IMG/VR virus record: IMGVR_UViG_3300032272_000040
Location: 1 to 39,289 of that record
DNA: 39,289 nt
Reading direction: 5' to 3' (one strand)
Source of the DNA: a virus
Taxonomy: Duplodnaviria > Caudoviricetes
Positions 19,352 through 27,694 of the stretch are shown here, one piece after another; position 1 is the first letter of the stretch; every line of letters starts with the position of its first letter. A program made the position numbers and the translations under genes. The notes beneath the pieces were generated by a model. The model was not told the DNA's origin, did not search any database, and worked only from the letters and a program-made list of their open reading frames with translations.

Positions 19352-20323
19352 ATGGCTGAACAGCTACAAAACAATGCACGCAATAGTTCTCCTTCGACAA
19401 TAACATCAGTTGCAACTACCATTACTGTCAACGATGGGTCTGTCTTTCCAGCGTCGGGTGACTTTCGCGTGGTCCTAGAGAGCGACTCAACATACGAAGC
19501 GGTTGTCTGTACCTCCCGAGCGTCTGATGTTCTTACGGTGACACGTGCCCAAGAAGGCACCTCTGCCGTTGAGCATCCATCTGGCACTATAGTGACTCAC
19601 ACAGTGACTGATGAAGGCATCTTCCAATACATCAAAGCAGATGTCCCTGTCTTTAGAGATGGGTTAACTGCTGCCCACTTAAGAAGTTTCAATGGTGATA
19701 AACTACAGTCAAGTGACTTCGGTTGGGTAAATCAAAACACAGCGACTCGATCTGACAACACAGACGGCAGTATCTCACTATTTGCACCAGAGAATGTTGG
19801 TCCTAATCAACTAAGGATCTTGACAAAGGACGCACCTAGTGCTGGTAATAAGCCTTGGAAACTGACTGCCGCGATCATTCCCACATTACATAATTACAAT
19901 GACACAACGACCCTGACCTTGTGTCACACGGGGATTGGTTTGAGAGACCAGTCCAGTGGTCGTTTGTGGTTGATATCGCATGGGTTTGCAACCAGAGGTG
20001 CTCCAGGTACGATCAATGACCGTCACATGGTCGGAGACTACTCAGGTCCATCCAATAACTTCGTCACAAACTTCGCTGACATTAATTTCCCTCGCGGCAC
20101 GGACGTGCAGTATCTTCAGATCGAACATCAGGCTGACGACGTGGTATTTAGGTCCAGTGCTGATGGAGTATACTGGAGAACACTAACAACACAAGATGCG
20201 ACCGCAGCAGGTAGAACATTCAATCAATTAGTGTTCTTCGCTAACGCTGGGAATAGTACAACAAACGCCGATCAATTTGATACCTACGGCACACTTATAT
20301 CTTGGAGTGAAGAGAATGCCTAA
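19352..20323 (+). CDS. Putative receptor-binding protein, paralog 3
   Basis: Same architecture as 5898: TITSVATTITVNDGSVFP.SGDFRV, FGWVNQNTAT, SADGVYW. Confidence 0.6.
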   Translation: MAEQLQNNARNSSPSTITSVATTITVNDGSVFPASGDFRVVLESDSTYEAVVCTSRASDVLTVTRAQEGTSAVEHPSGTIVTHTVTDEGIFQYIKADVPVFRDGLTAAHLRSFNGDKLQSSDFGWVNQNTATRSDNTDGSISLFAPENVGPNQLRILTKDAPSAGNKPWKLTAAIIPTLHNYNDTTTLTLCHTGIGLRDQSSGRLWLISHGFATRGAPGTINDRHMVGDYSGPSNNFVTNFADINFPRGTDVQYLQIEHQADDVVFRSSADGVYWRTLTTQDATAAGRTFNQLVFFANAGNSTTNADQFDTYGTLISWSEENA

Positions 20324-21212
20324 GTTTGAACAGTTTGGACTCAATGCTGAATCTCGTTTGAACGAGAGTATCAGTAACGTGTCCACATCATTAGATGTAG
20401 TTTCTGCCACGAGGTTTCCGACCGATGGTAACTTCAGGATTGTGATCGGAACTGAGATCATCCTAGTGACAGCAGTGTCTACAAACACGTTCACAATCAC
20501 ACGTGGCGTAGAGGGAACCACCGCTCAGACTCACGACGCTGGATCAAGGGTATCACAAATCTTAACCGCTGGTGGCATCGAGCAACTGACAAAAGATTCT
20601 ATGGTGTTGTTTCAGGACACTAGTCGCCCAGTGATGAACACTATCGTTAACTCATCCGGTACGGCACTGACCGAATCAAGTTTCACCTGGGATAACCAAG
20701 GCACCGCGACTGCGACAGATCTTAATAGTGGTGGTATCAGTTTAGTTGCGCCTACAGCGACGGGTGAGAGTCTCAGAGTGAAGTACAGAACAGCAGACGC
20801 CGCTCCTTACACATTAAAGGCGGCGTTCATGCCTCAGCTACACAGTGATAACTCACCTCAATGTGGTATTGGGTTTAGGCAAAACAGCACAGGTAAGTTG
20901 TTTACTATCGGCACCGTCGAAGTAGACAAGATCAAGATATCAAAATACACTACATCCACTAGTTTGAATTCTACACTATTAGCTGAGCAGTCTTGGCCGA
21001 TGGCTAGAAATCTACAGTGGTTCCAGATCGAAGACGATAATACGGATCTTATTTTCTACACTGGAATTGATGGTGTGAACTGGCAAGAGGTAGGTCGTGA
21101 AACTAGAACTACATTTATGACTGGAGGTCCAGATCAAGTATGTTTTTACGCAAACTCTAACAGTACATCGTACACCGTTAGTATGGCTCTTGTAGCCTGG
21201 GAAGAAGCATAA
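20316..21212 (+). CDS. Putative receptor-binding protein, paralog 4
   Basis: Start at ATG 20316 (MPKFEQFG). FPTDGNFRI..LVTAVSTNTFT closely matches paralog 1. Also FTWDNQGTATA and IDGVNW. Confidence 0.6.
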   Translation: MPKFEQFGLNAESRLNESISNVSTSLDVVSATRFPTDGNFRIVIGTEIILVTAVSTNTFTITRGVEGTTAQTHDAGSRVSQILTAGGIEQLTKDSMVLFQDTSRPVMNTIVNSSGTALTESSFTWDNQGTATATDLNSGGISLVAPTATGESLRVKYRTADAAPYTLKAAFMPQLHSDNSPQCGIGFRQNSTGKLFTIGTVEVDKIKISKYTTSTSLNSTLLAEQSWPMARNLQWFQIEDDNTDLIFYTGIDGVNWQEVGRETRTTFMTGGPDQVCFYANSNSTSYTVSMALVAWEEA

Positions 21213-21215
21213 TAG

Positions 21216-21941
21216 ATGGTAACACGCCGAAGGAGGAAGGCTATCATGGCACGAAAATCGGAACGCTCTCAACGTAGGAATAAACTCACAAAGAAAGGGG
21301 AAGATCGACCATACAAAAAACAACTGGTCGCTCGAACTGAGAACCAAAAGGAATACATCAAAGCTTTGGCACATAATGACATTACCTTTTGTACCGGACC
21401 TGCCGGTACTGGTAAAACACATGTTGCAATTGGGATGGCAGTTCAAATGGTTCTGCAAGAGTTTCTAGACCGCATCATTATCACACGACCATTGGTTGGC
21501 GTTGGTAAAGATATGGGTTTCTTACCCGGTGGGATCGAGGACAAAGTTGGTCCTTATGTCACACCTTGTTTCGATGAATTAAGTTACTACCTCTCGAACT
21601 CAGTCATTGGTCAATGGACCCGTGAGAAAAAGATCGAAGTAGTACCGCTGTCTATGATGCGTGGACGGACGTTTAACGGTGCATTCGTTATCCTAGACGA
21701 GGCTCAGAACGCGACTCGCACTGAACTAAGAATGTTGCTCACACGAATCGGTGAACCAAGCAGACTCGTTCTGTCTGGTGACCTGGATCAATCTGACCTA
21801 CCAGAAGACGAGCAGGGTTCTTTTGAAGATGTTATGGATAGACTTAATGACATTGAAGGAATCGGTGAGGTAGAACTCACTGACGAAGATATTGTTCGGC
21901 ACCGTTTAATCGGTCCCATTTCCAAACGTCTCTGGAGTTAG
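21216..21941 (+). CDS. phoH: PhoH-family ATPase
   Basis: Motifs GPAGTGKT, MGFLPG, MRGRTF, ILDEAQN, GDLDQSD and DIVRH. Confidence 0.95.
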   Translation: MVTRRRRKAIMARKSERSQRRNKLTKKGEDRPYKKQLVARTENQKEYIKALAHNDITFCTGPAGTGKTHVAIGMAVQMVLQEFLDRIIITRPLVGVGKDMGFLPGGIEDKVGPYVTPCFDELSYYLSNSVIGQWTREKKIEVVPLSMMRGRTFNGAFVILDEAQNATRTELRMLLTRIGEPSRLVLSGDLDQSDLPEDEQGSFEDVMDRLNDIEGIGEVELTDEDIVRHRLIGPISKRLWS

Positions 21942-21945
21942 CACT

Positions 21946-22138
21946 ATGAAGTATACGTGAATGTAGAGATCCTCCTCGTGATTGTTTTGTAACCTTTACA
22001 AAACAATACTTACAACCACAAGGAATCAAAGCATGTTTAAAGAACATCATCAACGTTTTCTCAAAGTCAAAATCAAATCTCTCGCTGAAGAATCCCGAAT
22101 CATTCGTAATGAGGAAAGAAAGAGCAGCATTGATTTAG
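21946..22138 (+). other. Candidate leader peptide requiring +1 (quadruplet TGAA) decoding
   Basis: SD GGAG at 21934-37, then ATG AAG TAT ACG TGA(A). The +1 frame reads CRDPPRDCFVTFTKQYLQPQG... to TAG at 22136-38. Confidence 0.5.
21981..22007 (+). promoter_or_regulatory. RNA hairpin in the leader
   Basis: Perfect 12-bp stem ATTGTTTTGTAA/TTACAAAACAAT with a CCT loop, between the RDPP codons and the SD of the next gene. Confidence 0.7.
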
Positions 22139-22374
22139 CGGGAGCCCTTCATCAACACCGGACACAGGATGTTCGTAATGAGACGAGGGCAGCACTGTTA
22201 GCTTACGGTTACCTGAGAGGCAGGGAATTGAAAACTATCGAGACACGTAAAGATCATCTTGATAGCCTTCTACCTTTCCTTAATATAGTTAAACGGGCAA
22301 AACAGATTGTATCAAAGTTTGGTACCAATGATGCGTCCCGCAACTTTCAAGAGTGGCTTGCACTTACGCAATAA
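22033..22374 (+). CDS. Basic, helical hypothetical protein (113 aa)
   Basis: SD AAGGA upstream. LKVKIKSLAEESRIIR...LAYGYLRGR pattern, which I recall from uncharacterised phage proteins but have not verified. Confidence 0.8.
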   Translation: MFKEHHQRFLKVKIKSLAEESRIIRNEERKSSIDLAGALHQHRTQDVRNETRAALLAYGYLRGRELKTIETRKDHLDSLLPFLNIVKRAKQIVSKFGTNDASRNFQEWLALTQ

Positions 22375-22383
22375 GCCAACCGA

Positions 22384-22456
22384 CCGCGAGAGGTCACAAG
22401 GCGTGGCAACCGGATTTCAACCCGGTAGATGGTGGGTTCGATTCCCATCTCGCGGT
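22384..22456 (+). tRNA. Atypical tRNA with an 8-nt anticodon loop (AUUUCAAC); quadruplet anticodon UUCA, or triplet UCA/UUC
   Basis: Acceptor CCGCGAG/CTCGCGG, D arm GTCAC-AAGGC-GTGGC, anticodon stem ACCGG/CCGGT, variable region AGATG, T arm GTGGG-TTCGATT-CCCAT, discriminator T. Followed by CCT, so CCA is not fully encoded. Confidence 0.8.
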
Positions 22457-22492
22457 CCTGTATTTTTGAACTTTAACCACGGAGAATACAAT

Positions 22493-23725
22493 ATGTATTT
22501 AGCGTCTGCCCATCACAGTGAAGACGAACTCGCATACCTTTTCGCATCCCAGGACGGTAAGAAATTTGGATTGATTAATGAGTTCCCTGTCGCTCCCACA
22601 TTGGGCACCCAACGAGACCCCTCGATTGTTTTCTTCGATGGTAAGTACGTTATGGCAGTCACCCACGGGACTAGTACTACTTTTAATATCCTCGAATCGG
22701 AAGACCTTGTCAACTGGTCACAACGTGGTACAGTGGACATGGCAAGCATTGGTAGCGTACACCGAGTATGGGCTCCTGAACTTTGGGTAGACGGTACAAC
22801 ACTTCGTGCGTTTGTCTCTGTTTCCACTAGTGGTTCGACTAGCAACTTCCAGATCTATGAGACCAGTGAGGGTGCATCAAGTTGGACAACTCCAACCAAG
22901 CTGACGATTACGGGTCGTTCTAACGTTATTGATCCTTTCATGGTCAAGGTGGGTTCGGATTACTTCCTCTGGTACAAAGAGGAAGACAATGATTACATTG
23001 AGTACGCTAAGGCTACCTCACTGACTGGTACATACACCGTCCAAGAAAGCGGTAACTGGGCAAGTTGGGGCTCCCCTGTGGAAGCACCGTGTCTTATCGA
23101 GCTACCTAATGGGGACTGGCGTATCTATATGAATGAACACGCTGGTTTTGATTCAGTCCAAATTTGGTATTCAGAGTCTACGGATGATTGGGCAACGTGG
23201 TCAACTAAGGTTGCCATTGAGACGCCAATCCTTGAGAATCAATTCGCACATATGACCGTATTAGAAATGGACACAGATGCAATGATCCATGATACTCTAC
23301 TCACCAAAGCAGGTAACGATATTCCATCTTTCGCTGAAGTCGTGCGAAGTACAAACTTCAATATTTTTAACAACACAGGTACGGTAATCAGTTGGGCATC
23401 AGAGACTTTTGATACTGATGATTATTGGTCAACTGGTAGTAAACTAACTGTTAATGCTCCAGGGCTCTACCGTGTTGAGGCACATGTAAAGTGGGCAGGA
23501 AACGCTACAGGGAAGCGAGTTTTAGATCTCCGTGCAAATGGCACGAAGTGGAGAGGTGCTGTATCGGCTCCTGGATCTCACGGTTCTACAAACGATCCTG
23601 ACATGTCAACTTCATGGACGTTCTTTTTAAATGCTGAGGAGTATGTTGAAGCAGTGGTGTTCCAGAATTCGGGTGGTTCATTGAACGTATCAGCGGCTCA
23701 AATGACAATCACTAAGGTAGGTTAA
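22493..23725 (+). CDS. GH43/GH32-like five-bladed beta-propeller glycosidase with a C-terminal C1q/TNF-like domain
   Basis: Motifs RDPSIV, WAPE, IDP and EAP. SD GGAG before ATG 22493. Confidence 0.75.
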   Translation: MYLASAHHSEDELAYLFASQDGKKFGLINEFPVAPTLGTQRDPSIVFFDGKYVMAVTHGTSTTFNILESEDLVNWSQRGTVDMASIGSVHRVWAPELWVDGTTLRAFVSVSTSGSTSNFQIYETSEGASSWTTPTKLTITGRSNVIDPFMVKVGSDYFLWYKEEDNDYIEYAKATSLTGTYTVQESGNWASWGSPVEAPCLIELPNGDWRIYMNEHAGFDSVQIWYSESTDDWATWSTKVAIETPILENQFAHMTVLEMDTDAMIHDTLLTKAGNDIPSFAEVVRSTNFNIFNNTGTVISWASETFDTDDYWSTGSKLTVNAPGLYRVEAHVKWAGNATGKRVLDLRANGTKWRGAVSAPGSHGSTNDPDMSTSWTFFLNAEEYVEAVVFQNSGGSLNVSAAQMTITKVG

Positions 23726-23728
23726 CTA

Positions 23729-24322
23729 ATGGCTAAATTAAATCCAATTTTTGGTACTGGTTCGTTTTGGGATGGGACTACTAATAATCCAGACCGGGTA
23801 GATGAAAACTCAAACCTAGATCCTGATCTTCATGATTGGGATCGTATATCTGCCGAAGTGCAAGCGATGCAGCCCCTGGTTGACCCTAGGCACTCAGGGG
23901 TTGAGGTTACTAGATCAACATCTCAAACTATCAGTTCAGGTGTAGCAACGGCTATTTCGTACACTGCTATAACGTGGGATACCGATGATTATTGGGCTCT
24001 TAGTCCGAATCCTACGAGACTAACAGTCCCAACGGATGGGGTATACATGTTCTTCACTCACATAAAATGGGACGCTGACTCAAACGGTAAACGAGTACTT
24101 GACATTCGTATGAATGGAACAACTTTCCGGGGTGGTCAATCAAGTCCTGGTAACATGGGTGCAGGAGACGACCCTGATATGTCTACGATGTGGGCGTTCC
24201 CATTAAACGCTGGACAGTACGTAGAGGTTCTTGTGTTCCATGACGCTGTCGGATCTTTGGATGTTACTAATAGTCAATTTAGTATAGTAAGATTGATGGA
24301 TCTAACTAATGCTATCATCTAG
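23729..24322 (+). CDS. C1q/TNF-like domain protein, paralogous to the C-terminus of the preceding gene
   Basis: Shared DTDDYW, GKRVLD.R.NGT, DPDMST.W.F.LNA..YVE motifs. Confidence 0.65.
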   Translation: MAKLNPIFGTGSFWDGTTNNPDRVDENSNLDPDLHDWDRISAEVQAMQPLVDPRHSGVEVTRSTSQTISSGVATAISYTAITWDTDDYWALSPNPTRLTVPTDGVYMFFTHIKWDADSNGKRVLDIRMNGTTFRGGQSSPGNMGAGDDPDMSTMWAFPLNAGQYVEVLVFHDAVGSLDVTNSQFSIVRLMDLTNAII

Positions 24323-24340
24323 TATACTGAGGTAACAAGA

Positions 24341-24586
24341 ATGGCATTTACACCTTACACGTTCATGCTGAACACTGTCTCTGGCAAAGAGATCAAACTG
24401 TTCACGATCACTGGTGAACTGGGACTGTCTGATGCAGATGCAAAGACGGCAGCACTCGTAGTCTTGAATGATATTGTGGGTAAGTTAACGGATGCGACTC
24501 CTGACAGTATCGTAGTGAAGAATGACATCATTGCCCCTGTACAGTTTAACATAAGACTCGCTACTAGACAGGATGACATAAGCTAA
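24341..24586 (+). CDS. Hypothetical protein
   Basis: 81 aa with SD GAGG, coupled to the next gene by TAATG. Confidence 0.65.
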   Translation: MAFTPYTFMLNTVSGKEIKLFTITGELGLSDADAKTAALVVLNDIVGKLTDATPDSIVVKNDIIAPVQFNIRLATRQDDIS

Positions 24587-25155
24587 TGGCTAAATTCGAG
24601 AATGAATGGGTAGAAGCGTATTTCGAAAACGGTGTCGATGTTGCCAATAGGCGTGTCTTTCTGGATAAAGACATCGACGCTGACTCTATCGGGTTCGCGA
24701 TCAAAGGTTTATATTTGATGGAGACAGAGAATAAAGAGACTCCAGTAGAGATGTTTATCTCTTCATACGGTGGAAGTCTTTATGATGCACTTGCTCTGTA
24801 CGACATTATGAATACAATCTCTTGCCCTATTCACACTTTCGCATTTGGTAAATGTATGTCAGCGGCTCCCTTGCTCTTAGCGGCGGGGGAGCCGGGTCAG
24901 CGATGGGTCGCCCCACACCTATCTATGATGCATCATGACATGTCTAGTAGTGAGGAGGGGACTAAATCGTTCCTAGAAGGATCTATGGAACACATGAAGG
25001 TGCTTTACAAGCAATGGATATCACTGCTTGTTAAACACAGCAATCAATCCTTTAAGTGGTGGAACGCTAAATCAAGGTTGCCTAATGATTTCTATTATAC
25101 TGCTGACGAAGCAATTGAATGGGGATTGGCTGATCAAGTTTGGATAGAAAAATGA
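24586..25155 (+). CDS. clpP: ClpP-family serine protease
   Basis: RRVFL, ISSYGG, ALYDIM, GKCMSAA (catalytic Ser), MMHH (His) and ADEAIEWGLAD. Confidence 0.88.
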   Translation: MAKFENEWVEAYFENGVDVANRRVFLDKDIDADSIGFAIKGLYLMETENKETPVEMFISSYGGSLYDALALYDIMNTISCPIHTFAFGKCMSAAPLLLAAGEPGQRWVAPHLSMMHHDMSSSEEGTKSFLEGSMEHMKVLYKQWISLLVKHSNQSFKWWNAKSRLPNDFYYTADEAIEWGLADQVWIEK

Positions 25156-25652
25156 TACACGCAGAAATGATTCAAATCACGACTCTTGACAGTTCCTTCC
25201 ACAGGTTCTGTGAGGAGATCTACGGACATAACCCCGCTTCCGTAGTCCAGAGTGGGAAGAAACCCCGCAGTGAGTTAGCATATCAATTAGCTTACTTCAA
25301 GGCGTTCTTTGACCCCAAGTCTGATACTTCTAAAGTTCAACACCTACTCTCTATGATGCACATTGGCATGATGGTTGCAGGACCGGAATTAGATATAGCA
25401 GAGATAGTGGGTACTCCACATGGTCTGAATTGTCTCACAGGGTACCCCACACGGCAGGGAATCAATGCCACAGTTATGACGGGGAACTGTCGTGTGTGGG
25501 CTGATGCCCTCTTAAACATCGAGTATGGGAGTCCAGTGGTACATGAGTGGGGTCTTGCCATATACAAACAGTTCGCACAACATGACTTAATTGATTTGAT
25601 GAATGTAAGGCAACCCGACTCAACACAAAATGGAAGATATTTCTTAGATTGA
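25152..25652 (+). CDS. Hypothetical protein, possibly a degenerate ThyX-like fold
   Basis: ATGA overlap with clpP. VMTGNCRVW resembles the ThyX TxNxRxW motif, but RHRx7S is absent. Confidence 0.45.
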   Translation: MIHAEMIQITTLDSSFHRFCEEIYGHNPASVVQSGKKPRSELAYQLAYFKAFFDPKSDTSKVQHLLSMMHIGMMVAGPELDIAEIVGTPHGLNCLTGYPTRQGINATVMTGNCRVWADALLNIEYGSPVVHEWGLAIYKQFAQHDLIDLMNVRQPDSTQNGRYFLD

Positions 25653-25653
25653 T

Positions 25654-25681
25654 TTGACAAACTGGAAAGGTATGGTATACT
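25654..25681 (+). promoter_or_regulatory. sigma70-type promoter, probably giving a leaderless transcript
   Basis: TTGACA-N16-TATACT with TGG. The ATG begins 7 nt after the -10. Confidence 0.75.
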
Positions 25682-25687
25682 TCAGGT

Positions 25688-27694
25688 ATGACTACTATAG
25701 AAGCAAAATTTCTTGTACAGACCGCTAAACGTGCGTACCGGATGCCAGTCACATATAACGTGACTGACAAAGGTCGCATTGAGTTCATCAAGTCCCCCTT
25801 CGGTCTCAAGGACGAGATCAAATCAATGAAAGGCGCTAGATGGCACGGTTTTATCGAAGGCGACAAACGTAAGATCTGGTCTGTTGAAGACTGCTACCGT
25901 AATAGGTTTCAGATTGAATACCTATCGGGAGGCGACCCATACGAATGGTTCGACCAAGACCTAATCATTCATGAATTCCCTATGTTTGGATCTGAAGGAT
26001 TTGGTTTCTATGACATGATGCCTCAGCAACATCTGATGGCAAACACTGGGCTCACATACCATTATCAGATATGGGGAGCCGAGATGGGTGTTGGTAAAAC
26101 ACTCGCCGCCATCGCTGTGATGCAGGCAAGTAAGCAGAAGGACTGGTGGTGGGTTGGACCCAAGTCATCTCTCTATGGTATTCACCAAGAGTTCGACAAG
26201 TGGGGTCTGGACCGTGATATCGTTTCTAACATGTTGTCATACGAACAGATGATGCAGAAGATGCGCGAATGGAAATCGGGAACCCCCGCCCCCATTGGTG
26301 TGATCTTTGATGAGTCTCAGAGACTAAAGACACCAACTGCCCAACGTACTCAGTGTGCGCAGCAGTTGGCAGACGCTATCCGAGACGAACATGGTAAAGA
26401 TGGATACGTGATCCTGATGACTGGTACGCCATCTCCTAAATCACCTGCCGATTGGTGGTCACCTTGTGAGATCGCTTGGCCTGGGTTTGTTAAAGAAGGC
26501 GACGTTAAAGCATTCGAACAACGACTGGGCTTCTTCCGATTACGTGATGACCTTGCGGGTCAGTCTTTCAATACTCGGACTGCTTGGAAAGACAACTCCG
26601 ATAGGTGTGGTCAATGTGGACTCTTCCTGCACGAAGGTCATCACTTACTTGAGTCTGGGGAGATCGTTGAGGAAGATACGTTCTTTGATGTACACCCTTG
26701 GGAGCCATCGGTAAATGAAGTAGCAGATCTCTACGGTCGCCTGGAAGGATTGGTTACGATTGTTCATAAGAAAGATTGTCTTGACCTACCTGATAAGATC
26801 TACAAAGAGATCCTATGTGAACCAAGTAAGTCCATCCTACGTGTCGCTGGGGCTCTGACAAAGACAGCACCAAACGTCATCGTCGGTCTGACACATCTCC
26901 GAGAGTTGTCGGATGGTTTTCAATATCGAGATATCGAAGACGGCTACGAAGAGTGTAAAGCATGTGAAGACGGTACAGAGATTCATTACTACCATCCAAA
27001 TGATCCGGATGGTAGTATCCATAACATAGACGCACTGTCTAATGAGTTCGTAGATGAATTAGAAGAAGAGGTCATTGACTGTCGTCTTTGTAAAGGTACT
27101 ATGAAGACAGTTAAGATGAAGCGAGTGACCCGTGAGGTCCCTTGCCCTAAAGAAGATGCAATGATTGATTTACTGGATCAGAATGAGGAGCAGGGACGCA
27201 TCGTGTTCTTTGCTGGTTTCACTGGTTCACTAGATCGCATTACTAAAGTTTGTCGGCGGGAGGGTTGGGACACCATCCGGCTTGACGGAAGAGGTTGGAG
27301 AATTGAGCGGCTTACGGGAGAACCCAATGAAGATGGGAGTCCTAAGACTGAGTTGATCAGATTAGACAACCCCCTGGATTACTGGATTAATAATGCAGAA
27401 CGCAAGATTGCATTCGTAGCACATCCTAAGTCAGGTGGCGTGTCATTAACGTTGTGCCCACAGGCGAACCGACCAGGGGCAACTATGGCAGTCTTCTACT
27501 CGAATGACTTTGATCCCGCGAGCCGCTCCCAAGCAGAAGACCGGATTCACCGAATAGGTATGAATGGGTCTTGTGTAATCGTCGACCTGTTCCACCTTCC
27601 GACTGACAGACGAGTTCACAATGTTTTGAAAGCTAATCGTAAACTAGAACTGATGACAATGGGTGACATGGAGACTGATTATGAGTCAGAGTGA
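25688..27694 (+). CDS. SNF2-family (SF2) helicase with Cys-pair insertions
   Basis: Motifs EMGVGKT, FDESQ, MTGTP, SGGVSLTL and QAEDRIHRIG, plus CGQC, CKAC and CRLC. Confidence 0.9.
   Translation: MTTIEAKFLVQTAKRAYRMPVTYNVTDKGRIEFIKSPFGLKDEIKSMKGARWHGFIEGDKRKIWSVEDCYRNRFQIEYLSGGDPYEWFDQDLIIHEFPMFGSEGFGFYDMMPQQHLMANTGLTYHYQIWGAEMGVGKTLAAIAVMQASKQKDWWWVGPKSSLYGIHQEFDKWGLDRDIVSNMLSYEQMMQKMREWKSGTPAPIGVIFDESQRLKTPTAQRTQCAQQLADAIRDEHGKDGYVILMTGTPSPKSPADWWSPCEIAWPGFVKEGDVKAFEQRLGFFRLRDDLAGQSFNTRTAWKDNSDRCGQCGLFLHEGHHLLESGEIVEEDTFFDVHPWEPSVNEVADLYGRLEGLVTIVHKKDCLDLPDKIYKEILCEPSKSILRVAGALTKTAPNVIVGLTHLRELSDGFQYRDIEDGYEECKACEDGTEIHYYHPNDPDGSIHNIDALSNEFVDELEEEVIDCRLCKGTMKTVKMKRVTREVPCPKEDAMIDLLDQNEEQGRIVFFAGFTGSLDRITKVCRREGWDTIRLDGRGWRIERLTGEPNEDGSPKTELIRLDNPLDYWINNAERKIAFVAHPKSGGVSLTLCPQANRPGATMAVFYSNDFDPASRSQAEDRIHRIGMNGSCVIVDLFHLPTDRRVHNVLKANRKLELMTMGDMETDYESE

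Noticed and set aside
5898-21212. Diversity-generating retroelement or invertible tail-fibre cassette
   Set aside because: No reverse transcriptase or invertase is present, and I noticed no near-identical template/variable repeats. The paralogs are diverged throughout.
22384-22456. Selenocysteine tRNA, or genome-wide UGA recoding
   Set aside because: There is no long variable arm as in tRNA-Sec. Genes are intact under the standard code, and TGA is used as a true stop in ATGA overlaps.
22307-22492. N-terminal extension of the glycosidase ORF
   Set aside because: It runs through the tRNA and the previous gene. The SD-supported ATG is at 22493.
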